A stretch of 64,000 bases of DNA, taken from positions 434,001-498,000 of the forward strand of contig CBFDEM010000015.1 in assembly GCA_965603825.1 (NCBI GenBank), given 5' to 3'. This stretch comes from Blepharisma stoltei ATCC 30299 (Eukaryota > Protista > Ciliophora). Within the stretch, counting starts at the first letter, position 1. Every line of letters starts with the position of its first letter. Below are positions 36,742 through 48,113 of the stretch, one piece after another. A program made the position numbers and the translations under genes. A model generated the notes under the pieces. The model did not search any database. It was not told the origin of the DNA and saw only the letters and a program-made list of their open reading frames with translations.

Positions 36742-37788
36742 TTAATGTCCTCTGCGGTTTTTAAGAATTTCAAATCTTTTCTTGAGCTTGAAGAATGGGT
36801 TGAGTTTTTCCATTGCTCTCTTGCTTCTGTAAGGATTTTGTTTCTTAGGGTGGTGCTCGTCTTCATCAATCTTGATTGGTCTTAAGACACCTTGGACAGC
36901 GTCAGACTTAGCAATAGCTGAGACGTCTGCTTGAGTCATCATATGTCTTTGTAAGGTGTATCCTTTCTTTTCAACTCCAGGTGTTGAGTAAGTTCCAAAG
37001 ATGTTGTCAAGAGCTTTGAAAGCTGCTGCTGACCAAATTACGAATCTTCCTAAGGTTCCACCAGGTGCAAGCTTAAGGATGTTTAATTCGTGGACTGAAA
37101 CTGCATCAACTCCAGGGATGTTTCTATAAGCTCTTCTCAAAGCACAGTTCTTATCTTCGTAGATGATCAAAGGCCCTTTCTTTAATGTGTATCTTCTGTT
37201 TCTGTATTTTCCTTTTCCAGCTCTCAAGTGGACGCTCTTCTCAACTCTTTCTAAGTCGTCTTTAGCTCCATATTTTGTGAGGATGTCAAGGAGCTCTTTG
37301 GTCCTTTCAACTTTTTCAATTCCGTCTAAGACCAATGGGACTTCATTGACGTTCTCAATTTGGTGGCCTCTTGCCATAACAAGAGAAGGAACTCCAGTAG
37401 CTGCAATTGCAGAGGCAACAGCGTGTCTCTTTTGCTTGATGTTGACTCTTCTGTGCCATCTTCTCCATATCTTGGTTGGAGCGAACATCCTTCCGGATCT
37501 ACACATGTTGCCGAAAGCACCTTGAGCGGCTCTGCCGGTTCCTGAGCCAGAAACTCTTGGAATTCTGGAAACTGCTCTTCCAGTACCCCAGGACTCGGCT
37601 GAGTGTTGGTGGCCTGCCCAAAGGGAGACTGCGTATGGCTGGCGATGGTTCTTGTTAAGGTTGTCGTGCACAAAACGAACTATATCTAACCTGATTGGGG
37701 CGGTAAAAACTGCTGGGAGGGCAACGCTTTCCTTGACTTCTCCTGAGCTTTGTGCGTCGTAAACTGTGATCACAGGTGTATCAGCCAT
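36742..37788 (-). CDS. RPL4: 60S ribosomal protein L4 (uL4)
   Basis: SAESWGTGRAVSRIPRVSGSGT, GAFGNMCR.GRMFAPTK.WRRWH and LAPGG motifs. Confidence 0.98.
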   Translation of the reverse strand: MADTPVITVYDAQSSGEVKESVALPAVFTAPIRLDIVRFVHDNLNKNHRQPYAVSLWAGHQHSAESWGTGRAVSRIPRVSGSGTGRAAQGAFGNMCRSGRMFAPTKIWRRWHRRVNIKQKRHAVASAIAATGVPSLVMARGHQIENVNEVPLVLDGIEKVERTKELLDILTKYGAKDDLERVEKSVHLRAGKGKYRNRRYTLKKGPLIIYEDKNCALRRAYRNIPGVDAVSVHELNILKLAPGGTLGRFVIWSAAAFKALDNIFGTYSTPGVEKKGYTLQRHMMTQADVSAIAKSDAVQGVLRPIKIDEDEHHPKKQNPYRSKRAMEKLNPFFKLKKRFEILKNRRGH

Positions 37789-38069
37789 TTATTTATGGTT
37801 TAGCAATAAGGTTAAGAAATAGAATGGAAGAAGAGATAGAGAAAAGTAAAAAAATTGGGTGTTTAGACTGTTTTGAGAAGGGTTTTGGTGAAGTTATGAT
37901 TATATAAAGAAATGCGTATATTTGTGATAGGGTATATGTTTTAATTTCAGCGATTTAATTAATAAAGGTGCATTTAGAAGTTTTTATCAAATGATTAAAG
38001 TCTAATTCAAAATTATATATAATTTTTGAAAACATATTTTAGATTTATAATTTAATTCATTTTAATTCT

Positions 38070-39632
38070 TTAATGATGCTTTTTATGCTTATCTTTTTTC
38101 TCTTTCTTATCGTTTTTTGCTTTTGCTGTGCCTTCTTCTTTTTCCTTTTCTTTATATCTAATTAAATTTCCTCTGCGATACTCTACTCTTTCTTCTTTCT
38201 TTTCTTCATTATCTTCATCTTGCTTTTTTAAAGGTATTTTTACATTTTTATTTCTTTTTGGTGGAAGTTCATAGTTGAAAATATCCTCATAGACCTCGTG
38301 ATGGATATATGAATAAAGGTTTAAAATCATTATTCCGAAATGCCCATATCTTGTACCTGAAAGGCATAAAAATGGATGAATATAGAACTGATTAACTATC
38401 TTATTGAATGGAGTTTTGAAAATCAATGGAGCAGCTTCTTTGTAATGGTAAACATTTATTTCATATTTATCATTCTTCGTGAGATAAATACTCTTATAAA
38501 ATGAAATATAAGTCAATAATGCCCAATTTAGAGAATTTCTCATTTCTATTACATCTTGCAAAAAGCACATATTTCTCATATCATATATAGTCAGATGTGA
38601 TGTTTCATCAATGAATAATAAAAATTCTCGATCGACTTTAAAACTTCTAGCGAAGACTGGAAGAGCTTCATGGTTTTTATAGAGATGATTGCTATTGGAT
38701 TGTACTATTAAGGCATGCTCAACGCGATCAAATACTTTATACTGAGTTGAGGATACTACCTTAATTATCTCTTTGTAAGATATTTTTACATGAGTTTGAA
38801 GTGCTGACTTGTAAGCTTTAATCACGTTATCATAATAAACAACAAAATCATTGGTCTTTATACTAGGCACATGATATTCAAGCATTTTTTCTTCAACTGA
38901 AATTTCATGAATTAACTCCAGATCACTTCGATATAGCTGTATTGCCCTTCGAGACTTAGCAATTATCAGATGCCCATTTTCAAACCACTTCAAATCAGTC
39001 AATCTATGGCGTGGAGCAATTTCCACTGCCAATTTTGAGCAATTTATATCTTCGAAATATTCTAAATCTTCACATCTTCCATACACAAATAATCCTAGCC
39101 CTCCTTCATATGAAACAACTATTTTATTCTTAAATCCAGCAGCATCAATGATTTCGTGCTTACAAAACCATGACTCCCTCTTTATAAGTTCATTCTTAAA
39201 TGTTGGAATTTCATAAACGTTGATAAAAGTATCTTTAAAAGCAATAAAATAGTTTTCACCTTTGATATTTACAAAGTGGAAAATCTTTTGTGGAGTATTA
39301 GTTCATTGAAGTCCAATTTTTGGGGAGTTATGGATAGAATAATTTCGTTTTATCATAATTTCAGAAAAGTTTTGACCTCCTATAGTTTCGTCTTGATATA
39401 GAACATATTTTAAAGCAGAGCTTCCAGGGTTTGATCCGTTAATACGAACACATGGGTCTTGGGCAAACCTTCATAACTTCTTGCAAGTCATTGTAAAGTT
39501 GATGAATTCTTCGAGAGTCAAGTATGAAATGATTTCACGGGTAACGTTTTGTCCTAGCAAATGAATTAGGCAGCGACTAGTAGAGCTTTTGTTTTGAAAT
39601 TTGGCGATCCAATAAGCAGGAGGTTTTTCCAT
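38070..39632 (-). CDS. F-box protein with a probable beta-propeller and Lys-rich tail, 520 aa
   Basis: Frame from ATG 39632 through TGAs at 39471 and 39303. In the F-box LLGQNVTREIISYL...TCKKL(W), the TGA falls at the typical Trp position. Confidence 0.7.
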
Positions 39633-39859
39633 TAATTATTAATTTAATGGAGTTCAGGTTTGATCAGTTTCTAGCGTCAGTTGCATAAAACTGAATTTTT
39701 ATTAATAAATAATTTACTTATATCGCAACTTTTCTGGACAATTTTGCTTACTAGCAGAACTTAAACTAGGTATGCAATTAGTTAATAATAGCTCATACAG
39801 TTATGAAGCCTCTTTGAGTATCATTCTGCAAAGATAGTTGATAAAATATGCTATTTTAC

Positions 39860-40663
39860 TTAATAAATTATATTAGACTTCACAGAAGGCCAATCAAAGC
39901 TCGGTATCATACTCTTGTTCATTCCATCACTTGATAAATTTTGCATTTTATCAACTTCTTTTATTTCACCAGTCAGAGGATTGAAAATTGTATTTCTCGG
40001 CACTTTTTTGCCAAATTTTGGCAGCTCGTACCTTATAGATGGTGGAGGAGACTCACAAATTTTCGTCGCCACATTCTCTTGTCTATGCTCTCCAAGTGGC
40101 AAAAGTTTTTCTCTATCAGCCCTGAATTCTTTAACTTCTCCAGTAATAGGGTCATGAATCATTGATTTTAATTGATTTTTCGCAAATCTTATTATTAACT
40201 GATTCGAAATTTTATGAATCCCATCAGTTTCATCCCCAAAAAATGCTGCAGTCGCTCTTTTCCTTTCTGCATCTCCATTATAATTGTTTGTCTGTATCAT
40301 TAAATCAGTTTTTCTTCGATTAAAAGGCTTGTTATCTAACGAAATATTATTTGTCTGCTTTTTGGGAGTTATAATGTGAGATGCCAAAGCACTGAATTTA
40401 CTTTCTGTAGTAAAAATTTCTTTCATTCTGGCGTCTTCATTAGAAATATCAAGAATAATTTTCTGTTTTTTGGTTTTTTCTTTATATCGTTTATAAGGAA
40501 TCTCAAACGAAGAATAATCAAATCGTCCTGGTGATACAGATTTGTTATAAATGTGCCTTTTATCATTGTAATGGTCTGGTGCTGGGCTATTTCGTTGCGA
40601 ATTAGTTTTGCTTACCATATTAGCTGCTTTAACAGGTGTCTGGGCATTTCCTTTATTTAGCAT
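39860..40663 (-). CDS. Hypothetical low-complexity protein with DPITGE/NPLTGE repeats
   Basis: 267-aa open frame with two [DN]P[IL]TGE motifs. Confidence 0.65.
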   Translation of the reverse strand: MLNKGNAQTPVKAANMVSKTNSQRNSPAPDHYNDKRHIYNKSVSPGRFDYSSFEIPYKRYKEKTKKQKIILDISNEDARMKEIFTTESKFSALASHIITPKKQTNNISLDNKPFNRRKTDLMIQTNNYNGDAERKRATAAFFGDETDGIHKISNQLIIRFAKNQLKSMIHDPITGEVKEFRADREKLLPLGEHRQENVATKICESPPPSIRYELPKFGKKVPRNTIFNPLTGEIKEVDKMQNLSSDGMNKSMIPSFDWPSVKSNIIY

Positions 40664-40685
40664 TTATAAATAAAATTTACTTAAT

Positions 40686-41723
40686 TTATGATACTCTAGG
40701 CTGCAAGGCTGGGTAATCAGCTGGCTTTCGGTATGTGGTTCTAGGCATATCACTAGTTAGCTGCACGTTGGTTCCAGTCCTCAATGCAGCTTTTCCTTCA
40801 CTATGCCTTTCAATCATAGAAGATCTTTCTTCTTCAGTGATTTCTTCTTGTCTAATTAATTTGCCATCCATTACTCTTACCACTTTGTGGGCATAGCTTT
40901 TCAAGCTTACATCATGAGTCACCATAATTAGAGTTTTCCCTTCTCTATTTAAATCAAGCAGAATTTTCATCACAATATCAGTGTTTTTTGTATCAAGATC
41001 ACCCGTTGGCTCATCCAATAATAAGATCTCAGGGTCATTTGCAAGAGCTCTGGCTATTGTGACTCTTTGCTGCTCACCTCCTGACAATTGGTTTGGAAAA
41101 TGGTCTGTGCGCTCTTCTAAACCCACTTTTGCCAATAATTCTCTTGCCCTGGTCTTTATTTCGCTTGGAGACAGCTTTCCATAAAGTAGCATTGGAAGCT
41201 CAACGTTTTCTATTGCAGTCATAGACGCAATTAAGTTGAAGGTTTGGAAGACAAAAGCTAAGCGTTTCGTTCTTAAATCAGCAAGAAAACTATCACGAGT
41301 GTTTGCTTTAATTCTTGACCCAAAGATCCAGACATGCCCTTTGGTAGGTTTATCTATAGTTCCCATAATATTCAATAAAGTCGTTTTACCTCCTCCTGAT
41401 GTCCCTAATATACACACAAATTCTCCTTTTTTAACTATAAAAGAGACACCTCTAAGTGCTGCCACCCCTTCAGTTCCTATTAAATATGTCTTGTGGACGT
41501 TTTCTAGTTTGATAGCCACCTCTGAAGGTGGCTCAATACTGCTACGGCCAGACTCATTGAATAAGCCTTGTGAGGGTGATCTTATAATGGTAGAGCCATG
41601 AGATGCTATAGACATAGGAGGAAAAGGAACTACTTGTGCAGGAGATTTGCATTCAATAGATCGTGAGATATCGGCATAAGAATTCTCGCTTTCATCGCCT
41701 GATGAGTTTTTAGGAGCTTCCAT
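40686..41723 (-). CDS. Stand-alone ABC ATPase of the MacB/LolD/FtsE type
   Basis: GTSGGGKTT, FVFQTFNL, HFPNQLSGGEQQRVTIARALAN, DEPTGDLD and VTHD motifs; no TM domain. Confidence 0.92.
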   Translation of the reverse strand: MEAPKNSSGDESENSYADISRSIECKSPAQVVPFPPMSIASHGSTIIRSPSQGLFNESGRSSIEPPSEVAIKLENVHKTYLIGTEGVAALRGVSFIVKKGEFVCILGTSGGGKTTLLNIMGTIDKPTKGHVWIFGSRIKANTRDSFLADLRTKRLAFVFQTFNLIASMTAIENVELPMLLYGKLSPSEIKTRARELLAKVGLEERTDHFPNQLSGGEQQRVTIARALANDPEILLLDEPTGDLDTKNTDIVMKILLDLNREGKTLIMVTHDVSLKSYAHKVVRVMDGKLIRQEEITEEERSSMIERHSEGKAALRTGTNVQLTSDMPRTTYRKPADYPALQPRVS

Positions 41724-42116
41724 TGATAAAAAGGAATAATCAGAAAATTCATGTCAAGTTTATTTTTAAAATGATTGGAGAAAATAATTAGACGTTATTT
41801 ATTAGGAATATTAATCTAGAGTCTCTGACAGACTGCTGAGCAAAAGATCTTTAATTATAAATAATTTCAAGTATTGTATCTTGAGAAAATTTCTTGATGG
41901 TAATTTCCGTTGAAATTTTTCATTATCTCGAATCCACTTCTTACAGTGGGTTGAGAGTGCTGTCTCTTAAATTTGCATTCCAATGGTTTGATGTAGCCCA
42001 TAATTAATTCTATGCCCATTTCTCAATTCTTAGTAAGAAATCACTATAAGATTCATTCAATGAGTTTACTTATAATTAAAAATTAAAAAAATAATTTTTC
42101 CTTAATCGATCATTAA

Positions 42117-43232
42117 TTATGATTTTACTTTGCAAACCAAGGCAGCATTATCAATAATACTTCCAATAAGTATTGTATCATCCAAAATAATTGCTGCACT
42201 CGCAAAAAGTGTATCCTGCATTAGCAGTTCTTTGACTTCCCACTTGCCATTAACCTTACTCATTCTGCTCACTCCACTTCCCATTACACTTTTTGGTTTT
42301 CCAGCCTTTAGATTTTCAGTTAAAATCACAAATTCAACCATTCTTGTAATTCCTACCACCAAAGCTGATCCATTAGGTTCAATGCTAATGTTATCTAAAT
42401 GATGAGGGAATTTCACAGACTCTACATATTTCAAGCTCATATCACTTTGAATATCATAAATATTCACGACGCTTGGATATGTATCTGCTACTAGAAGCTG
42501 GTTTCCTATCAGATTTGCTCCGTTATTTATATAGGCAATGTGCTGAGGTGTGCATTCAGCTTTTCCATCTTTTTCAAAGCAAGAATAAACGTAGGAGTTT
42601 TTATAGAAGAACATTTTGGCAGTTCTGATGAAAGATGTCAAGAAAGAATGATCGCGGCCTTCTGGAGTGTCTGGAATTGGCATCCATTGGGTTGCATAAA
42701 AATGTCCCTCTTTGTAGACGACGACATCATTAATTATCCCATGCCAATTGTCAGGAAACACGGCAGATCTTAAGTAAGTTGCCTTGATGTTCCTGTCTCC
42801 ATCTTCTACTAAAGAAAACACTTCAATTCTTTCTCCATACTGCCCAAGAGCATGATTTACCATATACAAAGTTGAGTTTTTGTATAGGAAAGTCCCATGA
42901 GGGTGAAATGGTAATCCAGATGGGAAATTTGATATAGGGATTTCAGCCCATTTCTTAGTCTTAGGATCAATCCAGACTAGAAGACCTTGCTTAGCGCTTT
43001 TCATGTCTTGGTGCCTAAACATATGAGGAATTCTATCATCTAAAGCTGCTATAATGACGCTTCCGTAGATTTCTATATCTTCAGGAGCTAGCGGCAAGTC
43101 AAGAACTTCACAAGTCTCGTGGTGATGCTTATTGGTCACGACAAAAATATCTAGAAGATTTATCATGAAGTAAACAACCCAGCTGAAAAGCAAAGCTACA
43201 GAGCTAAAGATGATAATCCTTTTAAGATCCAT
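42117..43232 (-). CDS. Paraoxonase/arylesterase (six-bladed beta-propeller)
   Basis: N-terminal anchor; PEDI, FHPHG, VNH, INDVV, FYAT, NG and DNI motifs of the PON family. Confidence 0.88.
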   Translation of the reverse strand: MDLKRIIIFSSVALLFSWVVYFMINLLDIFVVTNKHHHETCEVLDLPLAPEDIEIYGSVIIAALDDRIPHMFRHQDMKSAKQGLLVWIDPKTKKWAEIPISNFPSGLPFHPHGTFLYKNSTLYMVNHALGQYGERIEVFSLVEDGDRNIKATYLRSAVFPDNWHGIINDVVVYKEGHFYATQWMPIPDTPEGRDHSFLTSFIRTAKMFFYKNSYVYSCFEKDGKAECTPQHIAYINNGANLIGNQLLVADTYPSVVNIYDIQSDMSLKYVESVKFPHHLDNISIEPNGSALVVGITRMVEFVILTENLKAGKPKSVMGSGVSRMSKVNGKWEVKELLMQDTLFASAAIILDDTILIGSIIDNAALVCKVKS

Positions 43233-43989
43233 TTATATTCAACAACATTTTTTACAATATATTTTTAAATTGGTGAAAAAATTCAATGATGTCATTAAAC
43301 ATTAAATTTTTCAAATTAAAGCTTTGAGAAGGATTTAAGTATTAAAAACTAGATATATAAAGATCTGGAGATTTTTTAATAAAAGGGGTTTTATTTAGAT
43401 AGATTGAATTTTTATATTATACTAAATTAGTCGACAAATTGGGTTAATAAATTCAATGCTATGCTGAGCTTAAAATTCTACTTAATTTCAAATAATCTGA
43501 TTCTTCTAATATTCAACAGATAAATTAACTATAACTGACAGAAGATAAATCAAATTTAAAGTATGGAAGATAAAGCATTATGTAGCTAAACTATGCTCAT
43601 ACTCTAAGGGTTAAAAAATTTATAATTATTATAACCTTATTATCTCAACAAAAAAGCAGTTTGTTGATTAAAATGAGCTTATATAATTATATTTCTAAGA
43701 TAGAAAAACTTATTATAAATATTTGAAAGCCACTTACATTTTTTACTATCACTAAGCTCTAATGATACAAGGAGCAAAAAAAGATAATATCTTCTATTGT
43801 GCTCAAAAATTCCAGTCTATCTATATACTTAAAGAAAATTCCAAAGATTAAAAGATACCATTCAAGCTAATGTTAATATATAAAACAAATTATTTGATTT
43901 CTGTTTTCTTCATATCACCTTTATCTTCTTAATTTATCATTCAATTGATAATTATCTCTTCAAATGTAACTCTCTATTAAAAAATTTCA

Positions 43990-44610
43990 ATGTGGAACAT
44001 TATGGGTGCGAACAAACGCTGCACAGATCGAGAAATCTTGAGAGAGCATACCCTACATCAAATAAAGATCCGTAACATGAGACCTCGTATAGATAATCTT
44101 CCCCCAAAAGCAATGCCTCATCTCCAAAGTCGAGCCAAGCAAGAACGAATCAAAAATGACAGAGGAGCTGTAATCGATCAACAAAATAAGCTTCTCCTCC
44201 AAAAAATGCTTGAGATTGACATGAAACCTTCTCCTTTGACTCCAAATTCCTTACCACCAAAAGGTGGACTTCAAAACTTTTCCTTGAATAAGAATTCACG
44301 AATTGTCGAGCTTACAAAAATAACTGATGAAAACAAAAAAATATTGAAAAGACTTCAGACAGCAAAATCTGTATATTCAATTAAGAAATGGAAAAGAGAA
44401 TTTGATCATAGCCAATATTTATCGCTTAAGCTTTCGGAAAATGCTGGAAGAATTCCGAGGTCTATTAGCTTTGATTTGATAAATGTGAATACCACTACAC
44501 CTGGCTCAGTGAGGCCTATCACTGCAGCTGGCTCCCAGAAGTTTGAATTTAGTAAAGCAAGGCCGTTTACATCTGAAGGAAAACCCAGAAGTTTAAATCA
44601 GGGATTATAA
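43990..44610 (+). CDS. CFAP97/Hemingway-domain cilia-associated protein
   Basis: IDNLPP, IDQQNKLLLQKMLEI and ITDENKKILKRL...YSIKKW motifs. Confidence 0.75.
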   Translation: MWNIMGANKRCTDREILREHTLHQIKIRNMRPRIDNLPPKAMPHLQSRAKQERIKNDRGAVIDQQNKLLLQKMLEIDMKPSPLTPNSLPPKGGLQNFSLNKNSRIVELTKITDENKKILKRLQTAKSVYSIKKWKREFDHSQYLSLKLSENAGRIPRSISFDLINVNTTTPGSVRPITAAGSQKFEFSKARPFTSEGKPRSLNQGL

Positions 44611-45059
44611 TTCAATTTAAGTGTATGCAGAATATTGTAGGATAAGAAAGTAGATTAAAAACGTTTAGGACAAATCTATAAAACTTAATCGGATTATTTC
44701 TCTTTGCTTCTTTATATATAGTAATAGACCAAATTCTAATGCCAATTGATTAATATTTTTGATTTCTAAAAGCATTTAAAAACTCAAGCTTTCCTGTTGA
44801 TATGATATTATCTATTTTTAAAATTATTATTTAATTTATTTCTAAATTGTTTGAGAATAAGACTTTTCATTTTCAAAAATCATGAAAAATAGCTGAAAAT
44901 TTAGAGCTAATTTTCTCAAAAATGCTAAAGATGTTCAACAATAAATTTATAATTAAAGCGCTGAAACAAGTATTAATAGAAAATGTATTGTTAATTTTTA
45001 GCATTATATTCTATATTCACTTATTCTAGATTGTTGAATTACCAATATTATCAAACCCT

Positions 45060-45968
45060 TTATTTTTTATCATTTACCTTCAGTTGATCTAGCAACTCAT
45101 TAATTGGTGCCATGTCTTCTCCATCTTCTTCCATCCTTGCCAAATTATTGCTCACACGCTTTTCCTCAACCGCCTTTCTTTTTGCCTCTAATTCAGGCAA
45201 ATACGAGTTCATATACTCTCTTTTACTAGTCTCCAGCAAAGGAACAAAAATATCAAACCCGAAGCCTGTAAAAGAGCTTAACCCTACTGCAGGAAGTTCA
45301 TTATAAAACTCATCAAGTACCAATGCAAGTGACCTGTTCATGCTTGCCAAATAACTTTCATTGCTGATTTCATCTATGCTCTGCATAAAGCTTTCAAAGT
45401 CTGTCATCCATTCATGGGCAAATTCCCAAGCTTCTACATCAGTTTTATTGAAAACAATCATGATCGGAAGTTTGGTTTTATAGTAAATTGAAGACGCATA
45501 TAGCATGTTTGACATGAATGAATTGGGATTTGTGCATCGAGGAGTGTCAACAACATATAGCATACTTGTAGGGAAAACTGATGCCAATGAGTCTGTGATT
45601 ATTGTCCCTGATGCTGACCATGAAAATGCTTCAATTTGTCCTGGAGTGTCTATAAGGATGTAGTGAATATCTGTTTTGGTTGAAATCAGGTCAATGACTT
45701 CGTGGAATTTTGTGGCAAAAAGGTTAAGAGCTGTGATAATGGCTCCATTTGGGCCCAAGGAGTACTCTTGCATGAGTTTTTTGAAATTTATTGCGTCACA
45801 TATGTCAAGATTTGCTGGAAATGAAAGCTTGCGGATAGCTGGATCCAGGTTTATTGTGTAGACATTAAAGCCTTTAACTTTGAGAATTGAATACAACTTT
45901 CTTACAAAAGTAGTTTTGCCTGAGCCGGCCATACCCATAGTGATCAAGCAGTGTGGCTTGGATTCCAT
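45060..45968 (-). CDS. GPN1: GPN-loop GTPase 1 (XAB1/Npa3)
   Basis: GMAGSGKTT, NLDPA, LGPNG, DTPGQIE.F.WSASG and FMSNMLYA motifs. Confidence 0.95.
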   Translation of the reverse strand: MESKPHCLITMGMAGSGKTTFVRKLYSILKVKGFNVYTINLDPAIRKLSFPANLDICDAINFKKLMQEYSLGPNGAIITALNLFATKFHEVIDLISTKTDIHYILIDTPGQIEAFSWSASGTIITDSLASVFPTSMLYVVDTPRCTNPNSFMSNMLYASSIYYKTKLPIMIVFNKTDVEAWEFAHEWMTDFESFMQSIDEISNESYLASMNRSLALVLDEFYNELPAVGLSSFTGFGFDIFVPLLETSKREYMNSYLPELEAKRKAVEEKRVSNNLARMEEDGEDMAPINELLDQLKVNDKK

Positions 45969-46165
45969 TTTATAATACTAAATAAGTCATATCTAAAATT
46001 GTATCAGCTTTTTTGTATGCTTTTTTCAAATTCTATCTGATTTTATATATATTTCTATAAAATTTATTTTCAAAAAAATAATACTTTGCTTATTAGGAGA
46101 ATTTCCTACATTCATTTTTCATTATCAGAAAAAAAAGATTGCTCCACTATTATTATAATAAAAAT

Positions 46166-47437
46166 ATGCTCAACAAGCAAAGGACTAGGCCAAGAATGAA
46201 TACATTACAGACTCCTTCATTGTCTTCAAGGACTATTTTCAAAGATCCAATAGATTTTTTGATTTCTAACGATATGTCGTCTGAGCTGAACATTTTCAAC
46301 AAGCCTCCAAAAACTTGTTTACCAGATGTTTTTTCATCAAGATCAACTGCTATTGAGACAAGTAGACGGCGAACACAGTTTAAACGCCGAACTTGTATTC
46401 CTTGCATGAATTTTCCAATTGAAGAAAATTTGGCTTTAACCCTTAAAAGCCCAGAAGCAGCTGCAGACGACGGCCAAATTTTGAGGCTAAAAAGTCAAAG
46501 TGTCCTAAATTTTAAGCATCCTTTATCTGTTCGCAACAAAAAAGCTAGTGTAATTTCATACAATTATAAATCAAAAATAGGAGAATCCAATGGGATATAT
46601 AAAAAATGCAACCAAGATACGTACATTGCTAAGCCATTATTCCACCAAGTCAATGAGTTTTACCTTTTCACAGTTTGTGATGGGCATGGCCCATCAGGTC
46701 ATGAGGTTTCTCATTATATCAGAGAAATGTTTCCACGTCTTGTTGAGGCTAAACTTAAGCATAGATCTTCAACTCTTAATGATTTAGAAGATGCGCTTAA
46801 TAAATCTATAAAAAAGTTAACTGACCAAATTGATGAAAGCAAAATGCCGACTGAAAGCTCAGGGAGTACTATGAATTGTGTACTGATCAATGGAAATAAG
46901 CTAATATGTGCAAATATTGGAGACTCAAGAGCAGTTTTAGGGAGTTTATGTAATAGCTGGAAATCTAAAGATTTGTCAAGAGACCATAAGCCTACAGAAG
47001 AAGACGAGAAAAACCGAATAATACAGTCTAATGGGATTTTAGACCAAGTGCATAGTCCAATTGGAAAAGGAATTGGACCTTTAAGGGTCTGGCAATCCGT
47101 AAATAATCATGGACTTGCTATGTCTCGTTCAATTGGAGACACAATTGCCCATGGATTTGGAGTAAGCTCAGAACCTGAATTTACCAGACACCATTTGACT
47201 GAAAATGATAAATTTTTAATCGTTGCTTCAGATGGAATATGGGATGTCATTTCTAGTGAAGAAGCAGTTAAAATCGTAGGAAAAGTATTAGATAAAGATA
47301 AAAGAGAAGCTTGCTGTGATGCACTAATTAATGAAGCAGCAAGAAGATGAAAGCACGTTCACAATAATTCTGTGGACGACATCACTGTTATTGTAGTTTT
47401 CTTTGGCTTACAGAAGTTGAGTTTGGGGGTACATTAG
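46166..47437 (+). CDS. Protein phosphatase 2C
   Basis: DGHG, NIGDSRA, DHKP, GLAMSRSIGD and ASDGIWD motifs. Reading through TGA at 47348 gives ARR(W)...DDITVIVVF, with the essential final Asp; TAG stop. Confidence 0.93.
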
Positions 47438-47509
47438 TTGTTATAAATTAATACCTAGCTGAAATAATACACCAGCTATTGAAAATTATTAATGAATTAT
47501 AATTAAGAT

Positions 47510-48088
47510 CTATGAGAAATCAACACAATATTTCCCCTCTTTTGATTTCTTCACTTTGAAACAGTCCAGGCTCATCCCAAACTTTTCCAGTACATCATTT
47601 GCAAGCTCTTTCATAGCAGTTGTCATTTCATTTAAATTTTTTTTCTTCTCTTGCTTTTCTTTCTCTCTAGCCTCAGTCTCAAGGTCTGCTTCTCTTTCCA
47701 TTGCTTTTTCATCTTCCAAAATTTTATCATTTTCTTCCTTTTCAGCTTCTTCAACTTTTGCTTTCAAATCATCGCTAACTTCCCCTTTACCCATTTCAAG
47801 TCTTGCTTCAGGTATTCTTTTGGCGTCCAGGAGCAAACCAATTTTTCTTTCTCTTACTTTTTGATAATCTGGCTTCAGACCTAGCGCATAATCGCAATAT
47901 TCTAGAGATTTCGTAGGATTATTTAATCGTAGGTAGCAGAGACTTATATTTCCGTAGCATACAGCTTTTAGCTCCTTCGTCGCGTCTTCGCAATCTGCTG
48001 CTTCTGAGTATAATCTTATTGCATCATCAAATTTGTTTTCTTTAAAAAATGTATTGCCTTGCTCTTTTCGTTTTCCTACCTCTACCAT
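47510..48088 (-). CDS. TPR protein, TTC1-like
   Basis: KEQGNTFFK..KFDDAI..Y TPRs; C-terminal MKELAN.VL..FGMSLD.F....KY.V.F as in TTC1. Confidence 0.75.
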   Translation of the reverse strand: MVEVGKRKEQGNTFFKENKFDDAIRLYSEAADCEDATKELKAVCYGNISLCYLRLNNPTKSLEYCDYALGLKPDYQKVRERKIGLLLDAKRIPEARLEMGKGEVSDDLKAKVEEAEKEENDKILEDEKAMEREADLETEAREKEKQEKKKNLNEMTTAMKELANDVLEKFGMSLDCFKVKKSKEGKYCVDFS

Positions 48089-48113
48089 AAATATAGAATC
48101 CTAATTATTTGTA

